34,814 nucleotides of DNA from a virus (IMGVR_UViG_3300011335_000821:1-34814); one strand, 5' to 3'. Numbered from the stretch's first letter, positions 23,418-34,054 are shown. Numbers and translations are program-made. Notes: generated by a model not told the origin, from the letters alone.

Positions 23418-25589
23418 ATGGCTGTAATACGTAAAACTTCATCCCCAAAACCTTTACGAGTAGAACGTTTTTTAGGTTTAAATGAAGATACAACAGGAGA
23501 TACTCAATTACAAATTGGCGAATCTCCCAATATGACAAATTTTAGATTAAGTGAAAATTACAAACTTAAAAAGCGTGAAGGATATACACAACTTTTTACT
23601 GGTTTAGGAGCATATAGCGTTAGAGGTATGTTTAATGGTTCTTTAAATGGCAGTGAAGAATTTTTATTTAATGTAAAACAAAAAATTTGGCGTGAAGAAA
23701 ATATAGAAAATACAGATTATAATTCGTTAGATGATACCAGTTATGTAAATGTAGATGTTGTTAAAACAACTGCATTGAATACACCTCTTGCGGGAACAAC
23801 AGGATTAGATGAATATACTATTTATAACAATAAAAATGGTACAACGCTAACAGAAGTTTCATCAGCGAATATAGATTTAACATCTAGTGCAGGAAAATAT
23901 TATTATCATACAGATAAAACTATTTGGATTATTGTAGCTAAAGGTACGTATGCTTCTATAAGTACGGCTAGAACAAGTTTAGGAATTTCTAAAGTGTATA
24001 TAGCAATTAATTATGCAGGGTCTTATAAAACTATAGCGGATTCAGATATGTATTTTTTCTCATTTGAAGATACAGTTACTATTCATGGAACTCCACAAAC
24101 ATATCCAAGTGGTTCAGAACGAACATATAACAGAGAAACTAAAGTATATATGTTAAACGGTGATGAATATTACGCATGGGATGGAACTATTTTTGAAGTT
24201 GTAGCAGGATATACTCCTTTAGTCCGTATTGGAACACCTCCTACAGGAGGTGGTACTGCATTTGAAGTGACTAATCTTCTAACTGGTTCTAAAAGACAGA
24301 AATTTAATGGTTTATTAGCAGCAAATACAGTATATCAATTAGCAGAAACTACTATAGCAAGTGTTGATTATGTTTATGCAGATAATAAATTAGTTTTAGC
24401 AGGTGCGAGTTCAGGACAATATACAGCTAATTTAACAAATGGAACAGTTCAATTAAATGGAAATGTTTTTTTAACAGGAACAAATAATGTAGAGATTTAC
24501 TGGACAAAAGGTGCAGGAGATAGAGCAGATATTACAACTAACAAATATGCTATGATTTTCGGTGGTCAAAACGACACCAGAGTATTTATCTACGGAGAAG
24601 GATTGCCTAATCAAAATCGTTATCATTATACTGATTTAGCAGATGGTGTTTTTTCAGCAGATTACTTTCCTACTACATTTTATCAAGAAGTTGGTTCTCC
24701 TAAATTTTCAATAACAGGAATTATTAGACAATATGATAGACAAATTATTTTTACAGATGAAGCGGCATATTATTCTTTTTATGAAACTACATTAATTAAT
24801 GATATAGCAGTACCATCTTTCCCGACATTTCCATTAAATGAAGCAAAAGGAAACATTGCATTAGGTCAAGTTCGCTTAATACAAAATAATCCATATAGCG
24901 TTTGGGTTGGTGTTCAAGAGTGGGTAGCAACTAACGTAAGGGACGAACGAAATGCAAATTATATTTCAAAACGTGTTCAAAAAACGTTAGATTCAAAAAC
25001 ATTATCTACTGTAAAAACAGAAGATTGGGAAAAGAATTATGAATATTGGATGGCATTTGATAATATAATTATTATTCATAACTATCGTTTAAATGTTTGG
25101 TATAAATTTGAATTAGATCATAATGTCACAATGTTATATATTAAAAAAGATAACATGTACTTTGGAACAGATGATGGTCAGATAATGATGTTTGATGTAG
25201 ATGTAAATTCAGATAATGGAAGTTTAATAAATGGTCATTTTGAAACAGGGTTTTATGATTTTGAAGCAGAATATTTACAAAAATTTATAGATGAAATATA
25301 CGTAAGTTTGCAACCTTCTACTAATACATCTGTAAATATAACATTTGAAACAGACAGAGATTCAACATCTCAAACATATGTTGCTTCAATTAAATTATTT
25401 TCATTTGAAAATATTAATTTTTCTAATTTTACATTTTTAACAAGTGTTGTTCCACAACCATTTAGATTTAAAATAAAAGCTAAAAAGTTTGTATATTTTA
25501 AGTTAAAATTAGATAATAATACTGATGATGAAAGTTTAACAGTTTTAGCATTAAATCTTCCGTATTCATATGGAAGCAAAACAAGATGA
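23418..25589 (+). CDS. Putative tail nozzle / DNA stabilisation protein (beta-propeller)
   Basis: 723 aa, all-beta; F.GLN...ESPNMTNF....LKKR.G N-terminus, W.KF, MYFGTDDG.I; podovirus gene order. Confidence 0.7.
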   Translation: MAVIRKTSSPKPLRVERFLGLNEDTTGDTQLQIGESPNMTNFRLSENYKLKKREGYTQLFTGLGAYSVRGMFNGSLNGSEEFLFNVKQKIWREENIENTDYNSLDDTSYVNVDVVKTTALNTPLAGTTGLDEYTIYNNKNGTTLTEVSSANIDLTSSAGKYYYHTDKTIWIIVAKGTYASISTARTSLGISKVYIAINYAGSYKTIADSDMYFFSFEDTVTIHGTPQTYPSGSERTYNRETKVYMLNGDEYYAWDGTIFEVVAGYTPLVRIGTPPTGGGTAFEVTNLLTGSKRQKFNGLLAANTVYQLAETTIASVDYVYADNKLVLAGASSGQYTANLTNGTVQLNGNVFLTGTNNVEIYWTKGAGDRADITTNKYAMIFGGQNDTRVFIYGEGLPNQNRYHYTDLADGVFSADYFPTTFYQEVGSPKFSITGIIRQYDRQIIFTDEAAYYSFYETTLINDIAVPSFPTFPLNEAKGNIALGQVRLIQNNPYSVWVGVQEWVATNVRDERNANYISKRVQKTLDSKTLSTVKTEDWEKNYEYWMAFDNIIIIHNYRLNVWYKFELDHNVTMLYIKKDNMYFGTDDGQIMMFDVDVNSDNGSLINGHFETGFYDFEAEYLQKFIDEIYVSLQPSTNTSVNITFETDRDSTSQTYVASIKLFSFENINFSNFTFLTSVVPQPFRFKIKAKKFVYFKLKLDNNTDDESLTVLALNLPYSYGSKTR

Positions 25590-25601
25590 TGAGGTGATAA
25601 A

Positions 25602-25928
25602 ATGTCATTAACAAAATTAACAACAGATCCAGAATTAGTAATACAAGCTTTACCAAATGAACCAACTATATCAGCAACTGCTCTGAAGGCTAAATTTGAC
25701 GAAGGTGCAGGATTAATTAAAACTTATATTAATAGTACATTAACAACAGAAATTGACGCAGAACTAGCCGCAGTGGTGTTAGGTGACATACCAGACGGAA
25801 CGATTACATTAACTAAGTTAAGTTCATCATTGCAAACTACAATTTCAGGAAAAGCAGAAAAAACATATGTAGATGCTAACATAATTGGTTCAACAGTTTA
25901 TTCTTATAATAACTTAGGAGGTTTTTAA
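25602..25928 (+). CDS. Putative tail-associated protein
   Basis: IQALPNEP..SA..LKAKFD and IPDGTITLTKL motifs typical of fibre/needle N-termini. Confidence 0.6.
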   Translation: MSLTKLTTDPELVIQALPNEPTISATALKAKFDEGAGLIKTYINSTLTTEIDAELAAVVLGDIPDGTITLTKLSSSLQTTISGKAEKTYVDANIIGSTVYSYNNLGGF

Positions 25929-25929
25929 T

Positions 25930-26373
25930 ATGCCAGCAAATACAACACCAATATTCCCTTTAACACCAAAAGTAAGTTTTGGAAAAGTTTTAACAGCAAA
26001 TACAAACTATGATGGTACAGGAACAGCAGGTCAAAAAGCAGTAATATTTACAGCAGGCTCAAATGGTGCAAGAATAGATCAAATTAGAGCAAGAGCATTA
26101 GGAACTAATATTACAACAGCATTAAGAATTTTTGTAAATAATGGTTCTGATAATACTGTAGCAACAAATAACACATTGGTTCAAGAAGCAACAATCTCAG
26201 CAACTACAGCTTCTCAAGTCGCGGCATTAGTAGATAATTTACTAACAGTTACAGTTGGTGCAGATACAGTTCCTGCTGTATTATACTTACCTGCAGGATA
26301 TACAATTATTGCAAGTGTAGGAACTACCATAACTTCAGGCATACAAGTAACTGTGTATGCAGGAGATTACTAA
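25930..26373 (+). CDS. Putative virion structural protein
   Basis: MPANTTPIF start; Thr/Ala-rich beta protein; RBS AGGAGG. Confidence 0.65.
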   Translation: MPANTTPIFPLTPKVSFGKVLTANTNYDGTGTAGQKAVIFTAGSNGARIDQIRARALGTNITTALRIFVNNGSDNTVATNNTLVQEATISATTASQVAALVDNLLTVTVGADTVPAVLYLPAGYTIIASVGTTITSGIQVTVYAGDY

Positions 26374-26942
26374 TGTTTAATGAATTATTAACAAGACCTG
26401 TAACAGAATCAGGGTTTAATTCATTAAAAATAAAAAAAGAAACATCAAATAAATATATTTATGCTAACGGAAAAGATTTTGTTTCTTTAACAAGTAATAA
26501 TCCATATCCAAATAATAGCATAACTAAATCTTCAGAAAAAATAAATTTAAATATTTCAAATTCAAATGCAGGAGTTTCTAATGTTGGTATAGTTACAGCA
26601 AAAGATTTGGTAGATGTGGCTCAAAATATTAAAATTAATATATCAGGTGTAAAAAGAATAGGTTTTATTTGGGATGCTACTTTAGGTGCTTCAAATGTAA
26701 CAACTTTTATTGCATTAGGAACTTCAACAGGTATGAGTTTTATTAATAATGCAAATGATTATGTTTCTGTATATAGTAGAACAAGTACGTTTACAAAAAG
26801 GTATGAATATCTTACTTTGCCTAACTTAACAACACAAACAGGATATCCATTTTTTTATCTTTGGTTTGTTTTAGAAGATGCTACAACTTTAGGTGGACAA
26901 ACTTCAAATTCTAATTTATATGAATTATTTTTAGAATATTAG
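26373..26942 (+). CDS. Hypothetical beta-rich protein (candidate receptor-binding tip)
   Basis: TAATG coupling; Asn/Ser/Thr-rich. Confidence 0.6.
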   Translation: MFNELLTRPVTESGFNSLKIKKETSNKYIYANGKDFVSLTSNNPYPNNSITKSSEKINLNISNSNAGVSNVGIVTAKDLVDVAQNIKINISGVKRIGFIWDATLGASNVTTFIALGTSTGMSFINNANDYVSVYSRTSTFTKRYEYLTLPNLTTQTGYPFFYLWFVLEDATTLGGQTSNSNLYELFLEY

Positions 26943-26951
26943 GGGTGAAAT

Positions 26952-27146
26952 ATGTATTACTGTAAATATAGAAGAACAGATAATCTCATAGAAGAAGTAT
27001 CATTAATACCATTGATACAAGATGAATTTTACTTTGTTAGTATTTCAAATTCAGAATTACCAATACAAAATTTTAATATATATGTAAAAGAAATAAATGA
27101 AAATAACGAAATAGTAACATACTCAGGAATTTTGAGAGAGGTGTAA
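26952..27146 (+). CDS. Hypothetical protein
   Basis: RBS AGGGGTG. Confidence 0.65.
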   Translation: MYYCKYRRTDNLIEEVSLIPLIQDEFYFVSISNSELPIQNFNIYVKEINENNEIVTYSGILREV

Positions 27147-27148
27147 TT

Positions 27149-28597
27149 ATGGCAACAATAGATAAAAAGAAAAATTTTTTACAAAAATTTAGTGATAAAG
27201 CTATGAGCACTATTAGATCTGATCGTGGTGTTAGCGTTAACTTACCTAATAAAAAATATACTATTCTTGATCGTAATCAACCTACACAAACATTACCATT
27301 TGTAACAGCTCCTTCATCTTTTAAAGCACCAACAACTACGTATAAGTCACCTGAGCAAGAAAGAAATGATAGATTGTTAGCGGCACAAGCATTAGCAAAG
27401 TATTCTAATACTACAACAACTTCCGCGACAGGTGTTCCAACAGGCACTACAAAAGTTTCTACAAAAGATACTACAACAGTTACTCCAAAAGATACTACAA
27501 CAGTTGCTCCAACAGCAGGTGGCAAACCAGTTAATGTTGAAAATGAAGTAGAATATTTAAAAGGTATACTTAATAATCCTGATTCAACTGATGAGGCTAA
27601 AGCATTTGCAATTAAAGAAGGTAAAAGATTATACGGTACAGATATTACAGAAAAAACTACTGACGAATTAAATTTAGATGCAATTAAAGCACAAGAAGCT
27701 TTTATAACAAAAGGTGTGGAAAGTAACGTTCAGGGACTTACAGATGCACAAACACAAGCACTTGCAAGATTAGAGGCACAAAGAGCAGGGATTGCTCCAC
27801 AGTATCAAGGTTTACGTACACAAGCTTCTAATCAAGCTATGCAACAAGCAAAGAACCTAGGTGAATATAGAGCCGCTAGAGGTCAAGCTATGTCAGGCTT
27901 AAGAGCTCAAGAAGAACTTCAAATGGGTGCTAACTTACAAGGTCAATTTGGACAAATTGGTTTAGCTGAACAAGGTGCTATTCAAGGTTTAGAAAACAAA
28001 AAAACAGAAGTTGCATTAGATTTTGAATCAAGGATTTCACAAGCTAAAACACAAGGAGAAGCAGAAAAAGAAAAATTTAAATTACAACAAACACTTAAAA
28101 ATATTGATGAAATAAAAGCAAAAGCTGCACAAGAAATTCAAAACGCTTATAATTTAGAACAACAAAAATTAAAAGAAGCTGCCGAAATAGCAAAAGATGA
28201 CAAAGATTATAATCGTAAAAAAGAATTAATTCAATTTCAAACTACTGAATCAATTAAAAAGGCTAATGCAGAAGCTCAGCTTAAAGCAAATCAAGCTACA
28301 GTTGATTATGAACGAGAATCAAAAGAAGTGAAAGAAGTAAAAGCAATACCTTATGATAAAAATCCACAGTATATATCATATTTAAATGAATTTGATTCTG
28401 ATGCAACTAAGCCTTCTACAAAAGGAAAGGCAAATTTATTGGCGGAAGAATTTTTGGATGAGAGCGGAAAAAAATTAAATGCAAAAGCTAGAACTGTTAT
28501 TACTAATATTAGAAGTGAATTTGGAGATGTGGCGGCAACAAAAGCTTTAAAAAATTTGGAGAAATTATTAAATTTACAAACATTTAATTTAGGATAG
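27149..28597 (+). CDS. Putative internal virion (ejection) protein
   Basis: Thr/Pro-rich linker, then Gln/Ala-rich helices (AARG..MSGL..Q) and a coiled coil; lies after the tail genes. Confidence 0.65.
   Translation: MATIDKKKNFLQKFSDKAMSTIRSDRGVSVNLPNKKYTILDRNQPTQTLPFVTAPSSFKAPTTTYKSPEQERNDRLLAAQALAKYSNTTTTSATGVPTGTTKVSTKDTTTVTPKDTTTVAPTAGGKPVNVENEVEYLKGILNNPDSTDEAKAFAIKEGKRLYGTDITEKTTDELNLDAIKAQEAFITKGVESNVQGLTDAQTQALARLEAQRAGIAPQYQGLRTQASNQAMQQAKNLGEYRAARGQAMSGLRAQEELQMGANLQGQFGQIGLAEQGAIQGLENKKTEVALDFESRISQAKTQGEAEKEKFKLQQTLKNIDEIKAKAAQEIQNAYNLEQQKLKEAAEIAKDDKDYNRKKELIQFQTTESIKKANAEAQLKANQATVDYERESKEVKEVKAIPYDKNPQYISYLNEFDSDATKPSTKGKANLLAEEFLDESGKKLNAKARTVITNIRSEFGDVAATKALKNLEKLLNLQTFNLG
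27462..27509 (+). repeat. 2 x 24-bp in-frame tandem repeat (KDTTTVxP)
   Basis: CAAAAGATACTACAACAGTT(A/G)CTC at 27462 and 27486. Confidence 0.85.
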
Positions 28598-28621
28598 ATT
28601 ATTTTGTAAAAGGAGTAAACT

Positions 28622-31600
28622 ATGGCTAGTTATAGAGATATCATGAATGAAACAAAATCTAATACTAAACTTAAAAGTTATAGAGATATCATCAATGAAC
28701 CAATATCTAATACTCAACTTAAGAGTTATAAAGACCTTATAAATGAAACGGATTCTGGTAGCGAAAACGTAATTACTTCAGATGAAGTTATTAAAAATTC
28801 TCCTATTATTCAAGAAGTAAAAAAAGATTTACCTAAAACAAAAGAAACAGGCAGATTTTTAAAAAGACTTACTGATTCTGCAGGCTTTGGTATATTAGGG
28901 CAGTTAGATAAAAAAGCAGGTAAAGATACTTCTTATCTTGATGCACGTTCATTTAAAGATGACGCATTAGGAGCTTCTTTAGATTGGGCGGCAACATTAG
29001 CAGGATATGCAATACCAGGTCTAGGTTGGGCAAAAGCAGGAAAAGCTTTATTGAAAGCTCCAAAAACTTTTAAATTAGCTAAAACTATTTTTGCACAAGA
29101 TATACCTAAAGGAACTAAAAATATAATAGTAAAAACAATTAAAGAACAAGCAAAAGAAGGATTAGTTGCAGGAGCTGCTTTTTCAGGTGCTGAAATTGGA
29201 GTAAGGGAAATGCTCAATCCTGATGATTACACTGCAAAAGATAATCTTAAAACATTAGGAATAGGTGCATTAAGTGGATTAGTAGCAGATCCGCTTGTTT
29301 TTGGTGCAATAAAAGGTGTTTCAAAATTAGCAAACAAAATAAAGAAAAGTCCTGAAGCTGAAGAACTTATTAAAAAAGCAAATGAAGTAACAGAAGAAGC
29401 TAAAAAAATAAATCCAGAAATTAAAGAAGATTTAATTAAAGATTTAAATAAAACAGTTAGTGAACCAGAGGAAATTTTGTACTCAAGCCCTGAACCTGAT
29501 ATTGTAAAACTATCAAAAGGCAAACAAGATAGAATGAGAAATATAGAAAGAAATGCAGAAATTGAAGAACAAAATAAACAATCGGGTATTGAATTTGATG
29601 TTAATTCAATTAACTCAGGAAAAGTTAAAGAAGAAGGAAAGATAGATCTTAAACGAAAAGCATTAACTTTTGAAAAAAATGTTATTGATAAAAATGCGTT
29701 TTTAAAAGAATTACCTAATGAAGAAATTTATAAACAGAAAATAGATGCAGGAAGAGCCGACTCTTTAGCTAATCAAACAAAAGGTAAAGCTTTTGTTGAT
29801 GTTGAAGGAAATAACCTTGGAGAATCATTAGACAGCATTACTAAAAATTTTTCTGAAGAAGAAAGAATATTATTAAATGATTTTTTAATTTCAAAACATG
29901 CTCCTGAAAGAATGGAAAAAGGAGATAATGTTTTTACTGAAGAATATCAAATACAATATGGTGCAACTCCAGAAAATATGAGAAGAAATACTAAAAAATT
30001 TGAAGATGATCCTAAAAATAAAAAAATAGTAGAAGCGGCAAATAAAATAAATGTATTTACAAAAAATATTAGAAGTTTATTATTAAAAGAAAAAATATGG
30101 AATAAGGAAATTGTTGATGAATTAGAAATGGAATACCCTAATTATGTTCCACTTTTAAGATATATTGATGAAGAAAAAAATGTTAGAATTTTAAAAAGAG
30201 CAAAAAAAGGTGGTTCTACTAAGGAAATAATTTCCCCTACACTAGCATTAGAAGAACAAATAAGATTGTATTATACATTCGTTTTAAACAATAGGACTAA
30301 TGTAACTCTTTTAAATTCAATTAAGAAAGACGATTCGGTATATAAACAACTCGGGATTGAAATTGTCGGAGAAACTAAAGTTGGAAAAACTTCAGAATTA
30401 GAAGATACAATGTCAGAATTTGAAGATTCGTTTAAAAAAAATACAGGAAAAGAAAAATATATATATGCAGTTGAAGATGGAGTTAAATATAAAATTAAGG
30501 TAGATGATCCAGAAATATACGAAGCATTGTCTTCAATAAGAGAACAAGATAGAGGTCTTGTTGTTGGTACACTTGAAAAGTTATCAAGAGCTACAAAACG
30601 TGGAGCAACTGGACTACTTGCACCTGTTTGGGCAGTAAAAGGAACATTCTATGATTCATGGATTGCTTTAAATAAAGCAAGAGATCCTATTCAACATTTT
30701 GGTCATTTAATTGGTTCATTTATTGGTTCTTTACCAAAGTCAGAGAAATTTGCACCTAATTTATCTAAAATGGCTGAGAATTTTTATTTAAGTGGTGGAG
30801 GATTCAACGAAACTTTAAAGTCTGCAACAGAATTTTTACCTTCAGACACTTCAACTTCTTTATTAAAAAAAGCAGCAAAAACACTTTTACCTATTGACGA
30901 ATCATCAATATGGGGAAGATTTCAACAATACTTTGGTAATGTAAATAGAATAGCAGCTTTTAATACAGAGTTAAAAAGATTGGGTGGAGAAAAAACAAGA
31001 GAAAATGTTGCACAAGCTATAAAATATGCAAGAGAAATAACAACTGATTATTCAATAAAAGGTAAATGGGCTGAAAAGGCAGAAATTGGATTTCCATATA
31101 CAACCGCTTCTATAGCAGGAGTTACTCAAAATTTAAAATTTTTATATAAAAATCCAATAAAAGTTATATCAAGAATAGTAATAGGTGTTTTAAGCCCTGC
31201 AATTTATGAATATGTAACATTTCGTAATGATCCTGATTATGAATTAATAAACAAAAGAGAGAAATATAGAAATATATATATTTCAAAAGACAAAGAAGGC
31301 AAATTTATAAAGATACCTATTGATCCACAATTAGGATTTATTAAACAAATGTTTATTAATTCTTTAGAAGCATTTCAAGAAAAAGATCCAGATACATTTA
31401 AAGGAGCCATGGAAGAACTTAGTAATATTTATTTACCTCCTCCTGTTTCAGGGATATTGCAACCATTAACAGATAAAAAAGGGAGTTTTACAGATATTAT
31501 AACTAAAAGCACTGGTGCACCTATTGCATCTTTGCTTTCTAACAAAGGATTTTCAGGAATACCTATTGTTCCATTAGAGTATGAATTATTACAAGTAGAA

Positions 31601-32152
31601 GAAAAATATAAATATAATGAAAATACAACTTCAATTGCTAAAAAATTAGCAGAATACACAAAATTAAATCCATTTAAAATTGATTACATTATTAGAAGTT
31701 ATGGTGGGGATTTTTCAAGATATTTAATGCCATTATTTTCAGAAAAAGGATTAGGAATTACTGGTTTAAAACAAGGTGGAACATTAAGAAGTGAAGAATT
31801 TTTTAGAGATTTTATAACAAACACAACTTTTAGTAATAATTTATCTGAACAATATTATACAGCAAAAAATTTATTAATAGAAGCAAAAAATCAAGAAAAA
31901 TTAGGAGTTAAATTACCGAAGTGGTACGATGAGAGAGCATACAATTATATGACTACACAATCAAAAGGTTCTCCAAGTAAATTTTTATCTTACATGAAAG
32001 AACTTAAAAGAGAAACTTCATTAAATAAAAATTTAAGTAAAGAAGAAAGAGAAAGACGATTGAAAGAAATTAAAACAGAAGAAAATGCTTTTTTTATTAA
32101 TGTTAATTCAATACTTAAACAAAAAGGTATTCCTCTAACAACAAAAAGGTAG
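28622..32152 (+). CDS. Large internal virion (ejection) protein with an LPD38-like C-terminal region
   Basis: 1176 aa; Gly/Ala-rich hydrophobic helices near the N-terminus; NYVPL.R, AREITTDY...G, FIKIP, G.PIVP and P.KIDYII..YGG patterns. Confidence 0.7.
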   Translation: MASYRDIMNETKSNTKLKSYRDIINEPISNTQLKSYKDLINETDSGSENVITSDEVIKNSPIIQEVKKDLPKTKETGRFLKRLTDSAGFGILGQLDKKAGKDTSYLDARSFKDDALGASLDWAATLAGYAIPGLGWAKAGKALLKAPKTFKLAKTIFAQDIPKGTKNIIVKTIKEQAKEGLVAGAAFSGAEIGVREMLNPDDYTAKDNLKTLGIGALSGLVADPLVFGAIKGVSKLANKIKKSPEAEELIKKANEVTEEAKKINPEIKEDLIKDLNKTVSEPEEILYSSPEPDIVKLSKGKQDRMRNIERNAEIEEQNKQSGIEFDVNSINSGKVKEEGKIDLKRKALTFEKNVIDKNAFLKELPNEEIYKQKIDAGRADSLANQTKGKAFVDVEGNNLGESLDSITKNFSEEERILLNDFLISKHAPERMEKGDNVFTEEYQIQYGATPENMRRNTKKFEDDPKNKKIVEAANKINVFTKNIRSLLLKEKIWNKEIVDELEMEYPNYVPLLRYIDEEKNVRILKRAKKGGSTKEIISPTLALEEQIRLYYTFVLNNRTNVTLLNSIKKDDSVYKQLGIEIVGETKVGKTSELEDTMSEFEDSFKKNTGKEKYIYAVEDGVKYKIKVDDPEIYEALSSIREQDRGLVVGTLEKLSRATKRGATGLLAPVWAVKGTFYDSWIALNKARDPIQHFGHLIGSFIGSLPKSEKFAPNLSKMAENFYLSGGGFNETLKSATEFLPSDTSTSLLKKAAKTLLPIDESSIWGRFQQYFGNVNRIAAFNTELKRLGGEKTRENVAQAIKYAREITTDYSIKGKWAEKAEIGFPYTTASIAGVTQNLKFLYKNPIKVISRIVIGVLSPAIYEYVTFRNDPDYELINKREKYRNIYISKDKEGKFIKIPIDPQLGFIKQMFINSLEAFQEKDPDTFKGAMEELSNIYLPPPVSGILQPLTDKKGSFTDIITKSTGAPIASLLSNKGFSGIPIVPLEYELLQVEEKYKYNENTTSIAKKLAEYTKLNPFKIDYIIRSYGGDFSRYLMPLFSEKGLGITGLKQGGTLRSEEFFRDFITNTTFSNNLSEQYYTAKNLLIEAKNQEKLGVKLPKWYDERAYNYMTTQSKGSPSKFLSYMKELKRETSLNKNLSKEERERRLKEIKTEENAFFINVNSILKQKGIPLTTKR
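28628..28748 (+). repeat. 2.5 x 48-bp in-frame repeat (SYRDIxNExxSNTxLK)
   Basis: Copies start at 28628, 28676 and 28724. Confidence 0.85.
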
Positions 32153-32160
32153 GTGCGATT

Positions 32161-32382
32161 TTGGATATAAATCAAGAAATACTTCAAAGAATAACAAGAG
32201 TAGAAACCAAATTAGACATCTTTGCATCTGCTAAAGAAACAGCAAATGAAGCTTTACAAACTTCAAAAGATGCACACAGACGAATAGAAAAAATAGAAAA
32301 AATGATTTGGTTTTTAGTTAGCACTGTATTAAGTTCTTTGATATTGAGTATTATGGGCTTTATTTTTAAAGGAGGATTATAA
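32161..32382 (+). CDS. xhlA: XhlA-family lysis accessory protein
   Basis: EILQRITRVETKLD coiled coil, AHRRIEKIE..W and a C-terminal TM helix; precedes the endolysin. Confidence 0.8.
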   Translation: MDINQEILQRITRVETKLDIFASAKETANEALQTSKDAHRRIEKIEKMIWFLVSTVLSSLILSIMGFIFKGGL

Positions 32383-32384
32383 TA

Positions 32385-32957
32385 ATGGAAAAATATTTTA
32401 ATGACTTCATAAAAATGTCGAGTCCTTATGGAAAAAGAAAAAGTCCAATCAGTGGAATTGAAGAATTTCATAGTGGTGTAGATTTAGTTAAAAAAGATAA
32501 AGGCGAAATATATTGCATTGTTGGTGGTAAAGTTGTATTTTCTAAATTTGCAGATAAAGGTACAGGTGTTGGTGGATATGGTAATGCCGTATGTGTTGTT
32601 GACTCTAACAACCATTTGCATTTATATGGGCATCTTGATAAAATAATGGCAAAAGAAGGAAGCATATTAGAAAAAGGTGATTGTGTAGGAACTCAAGGAA
32701 ACACTGGTCAAAGTGCAGGTTCTCACTTACATTATGAAGTCAGAACAAAAGTTACACCTTCATTTGGATGGGGATTTCATACAGATCCTATAAAATATTT
32801 AGATGGTTTCTTTAAAGAATTACCCGATGAAAACAAAGCTTGGAAAGAAGAAGGTCTGGAGTTTCTGCAAAAAGAATATGGTATATCAAAAGATTGGAAA
32901 TCTACAGATACTGTAAGTTTAGGTTTACTTGGAACTATTTTAAGGAGGAGCAAATAA
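32385..32957 (+). CDS. Endolysin, M23 metallopeptidase with a short C-terminal binding domain
   Basis: HSGVD, GYGN, YGHL, GNTGQS.GSHLHYEV, DP..YL. Confidence 0.92.
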   Translation: MEKYFNDFIKMSSPYGKRKSPISGIEEFHSGVDLVKKDKGEIYCIVGGKVVFSKFADKGTGVGGYGNAVCVVDSNNHLHLYGHLDKIMAKEGSILEKGDCVGTQGNTGQSAGSHLHYEVRTKVTPSFGWGFHTDPIKYLDGFFKELPDENKAWKEEGLEFLQKEYGISKDWKSTDTVSLGLLGTILRRSK

Positions 32958-33154
32958 TGGATAATCGTTATAAAAATTATGGTCTTTGGATGTCGTTAGC
33001 ATCTTTTGTTTTTTTAATAATTCAAGAAAACGGATTTCAAATAACACCTGAAAAATGGGATGTGTATATTAATTCAATTTTATCTATATTAATCTTACTA
33101 GGTATAATCAATAACCCAAATACAAAGAACAGAGGATTTAGTGATGATAAATGA
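32957..33154 (+). CDS. Holin
   Basis: NRYKNYGLWMSL, two TM helices, LGIINNP; RBS AGGAGGAG before the ATG at 32957. Confidence 0.88.
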   Translation: MDNRYKNYGLWMSLASFVFLIIQENGFQITPEKWDVYINSILSILILLGIINNPNTKNRGFSDDK

Positions 33155-33521
33155 TAAGCAAAGAAGATTCGCTGAAGAATACTTTTTAGATTCAAATTTT
33201 CAAAGAGCGTATATGCAAGCTTATGGTAGTACAAATAAGAGAAGTTCTAGAGAAATGGGTTCTAAACTTATTAAACATCCTGAAGTCATTTTAGAACTTG
33301 AGAGAATGAATAAAGAAAGAATGGAAAGAATTAACTGGACTTCAGACGAAGTGTTAAAAGAAATAAAAGAAATTGCACATTCTGAAGATTCATCTAAAGC
33401 AGAAAAATTAAAAGCACTAGAGCTTGCCGCGAAATCTATGGGTATGTTTAGAGAAAAAGTAGAGCATAGTGGCGGATTACAAATTATACTCGGTCAAAAC
33501 ATAGAGGAATGGGCAGAATGA
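33141..33521 (+). CDS. terS: Terminase small subunit
   Basis: NDKQRRFAEEY....N...AY..AY, S.L...P.V, VLKEI.EIA, KLKALELAAK..GMF.EKVEHSG. Confidence 0.88.
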   Translation: MMINDKQRRFAEEYFLDSNFQRAYMQAYGSTNKRSSREMGSKLIKHPEVILELERMNKERMERINWTSDEVLKEIKEIAHSEDSSKAEKLKALELAAKSMGMFREKVEHSGGLQIILGQNIEEWAE

Positions 33522-33826
33522 AAACAGCGGCGTGGACAAGGAAAGAAGGAAAGAATCCAAAAGGCGGATTAAACGCAAAAGGCAGAGCTTCTTACAAAGC
33601 TGAAACAGGCGGGACACTAAAATCCCCTGTTAAGAGTGGCGACAATCCACGTAGAGCTTCTTTTCTAGCTAGGATGGGTAATGTGAAGGGTGCAGAAAGA
33701 AAACCCAATGGTGAGCCAACTAGACTCCTTAAAAGCTTACAAGTATGGGGTGCTTCTTCTAAAGTTGATGCACGTACAAAAGCAAAAGCTATTTCTGAAA
33801 GATTAAAGAGAAAGAAGGAGAAATAA
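33518..33826 (+). CDS. Small basic protein, DUF6321-like
   Basis: AWTRKEGKNPKGGLNAKGRASY...LK.PV...RRASF.ARM; ATGA overlap with the terS stop. Confidence 0.75.
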   Translation: MKTAAWTRKEGKNPKGGLNAKGRASYKAETGGTLKSPVKSGDNPRRASFLARMGNVKGAERKPNGEPTRLLKSLQVWGASSKVDARTKAKAISERLKRKKEK

Positions 33827-34050
33827 TGTATAAAGAAGGCAAGAAGCATGAAATGAAAGAAGGCAAAAAAGAAATGATGAAAGAGTATGGAACTTCAAAT
33901 AAAAAAGTACAAAAAAAAATATCAAAAGTTATGAAAGAATTTAAAAAAGGCGAACTTAACATTGGTAAAAGCCCTAAAAAAGTAAAATCACAAAAACAGG
34001 CTGTAGCTATTGCATTGTCTGTAACAGGTTCATCTAAAAAGAAAAGGTGA
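33826..34050 (+). CDS. Small basic protein, DUF6496-like
   Basis: KKISKVMKEFKKGEL..G...VKSQKQAVAIALS. Confidence 0.75.
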   Translation: MYKEGKKHEMKEGKKEMMKEYGTSNKKVQKKISKVMKEFKKGELNIGKSPKKVKSQKQAVAIALSVTGSSKKKR

Positions 34051-34054
34051 AAAA

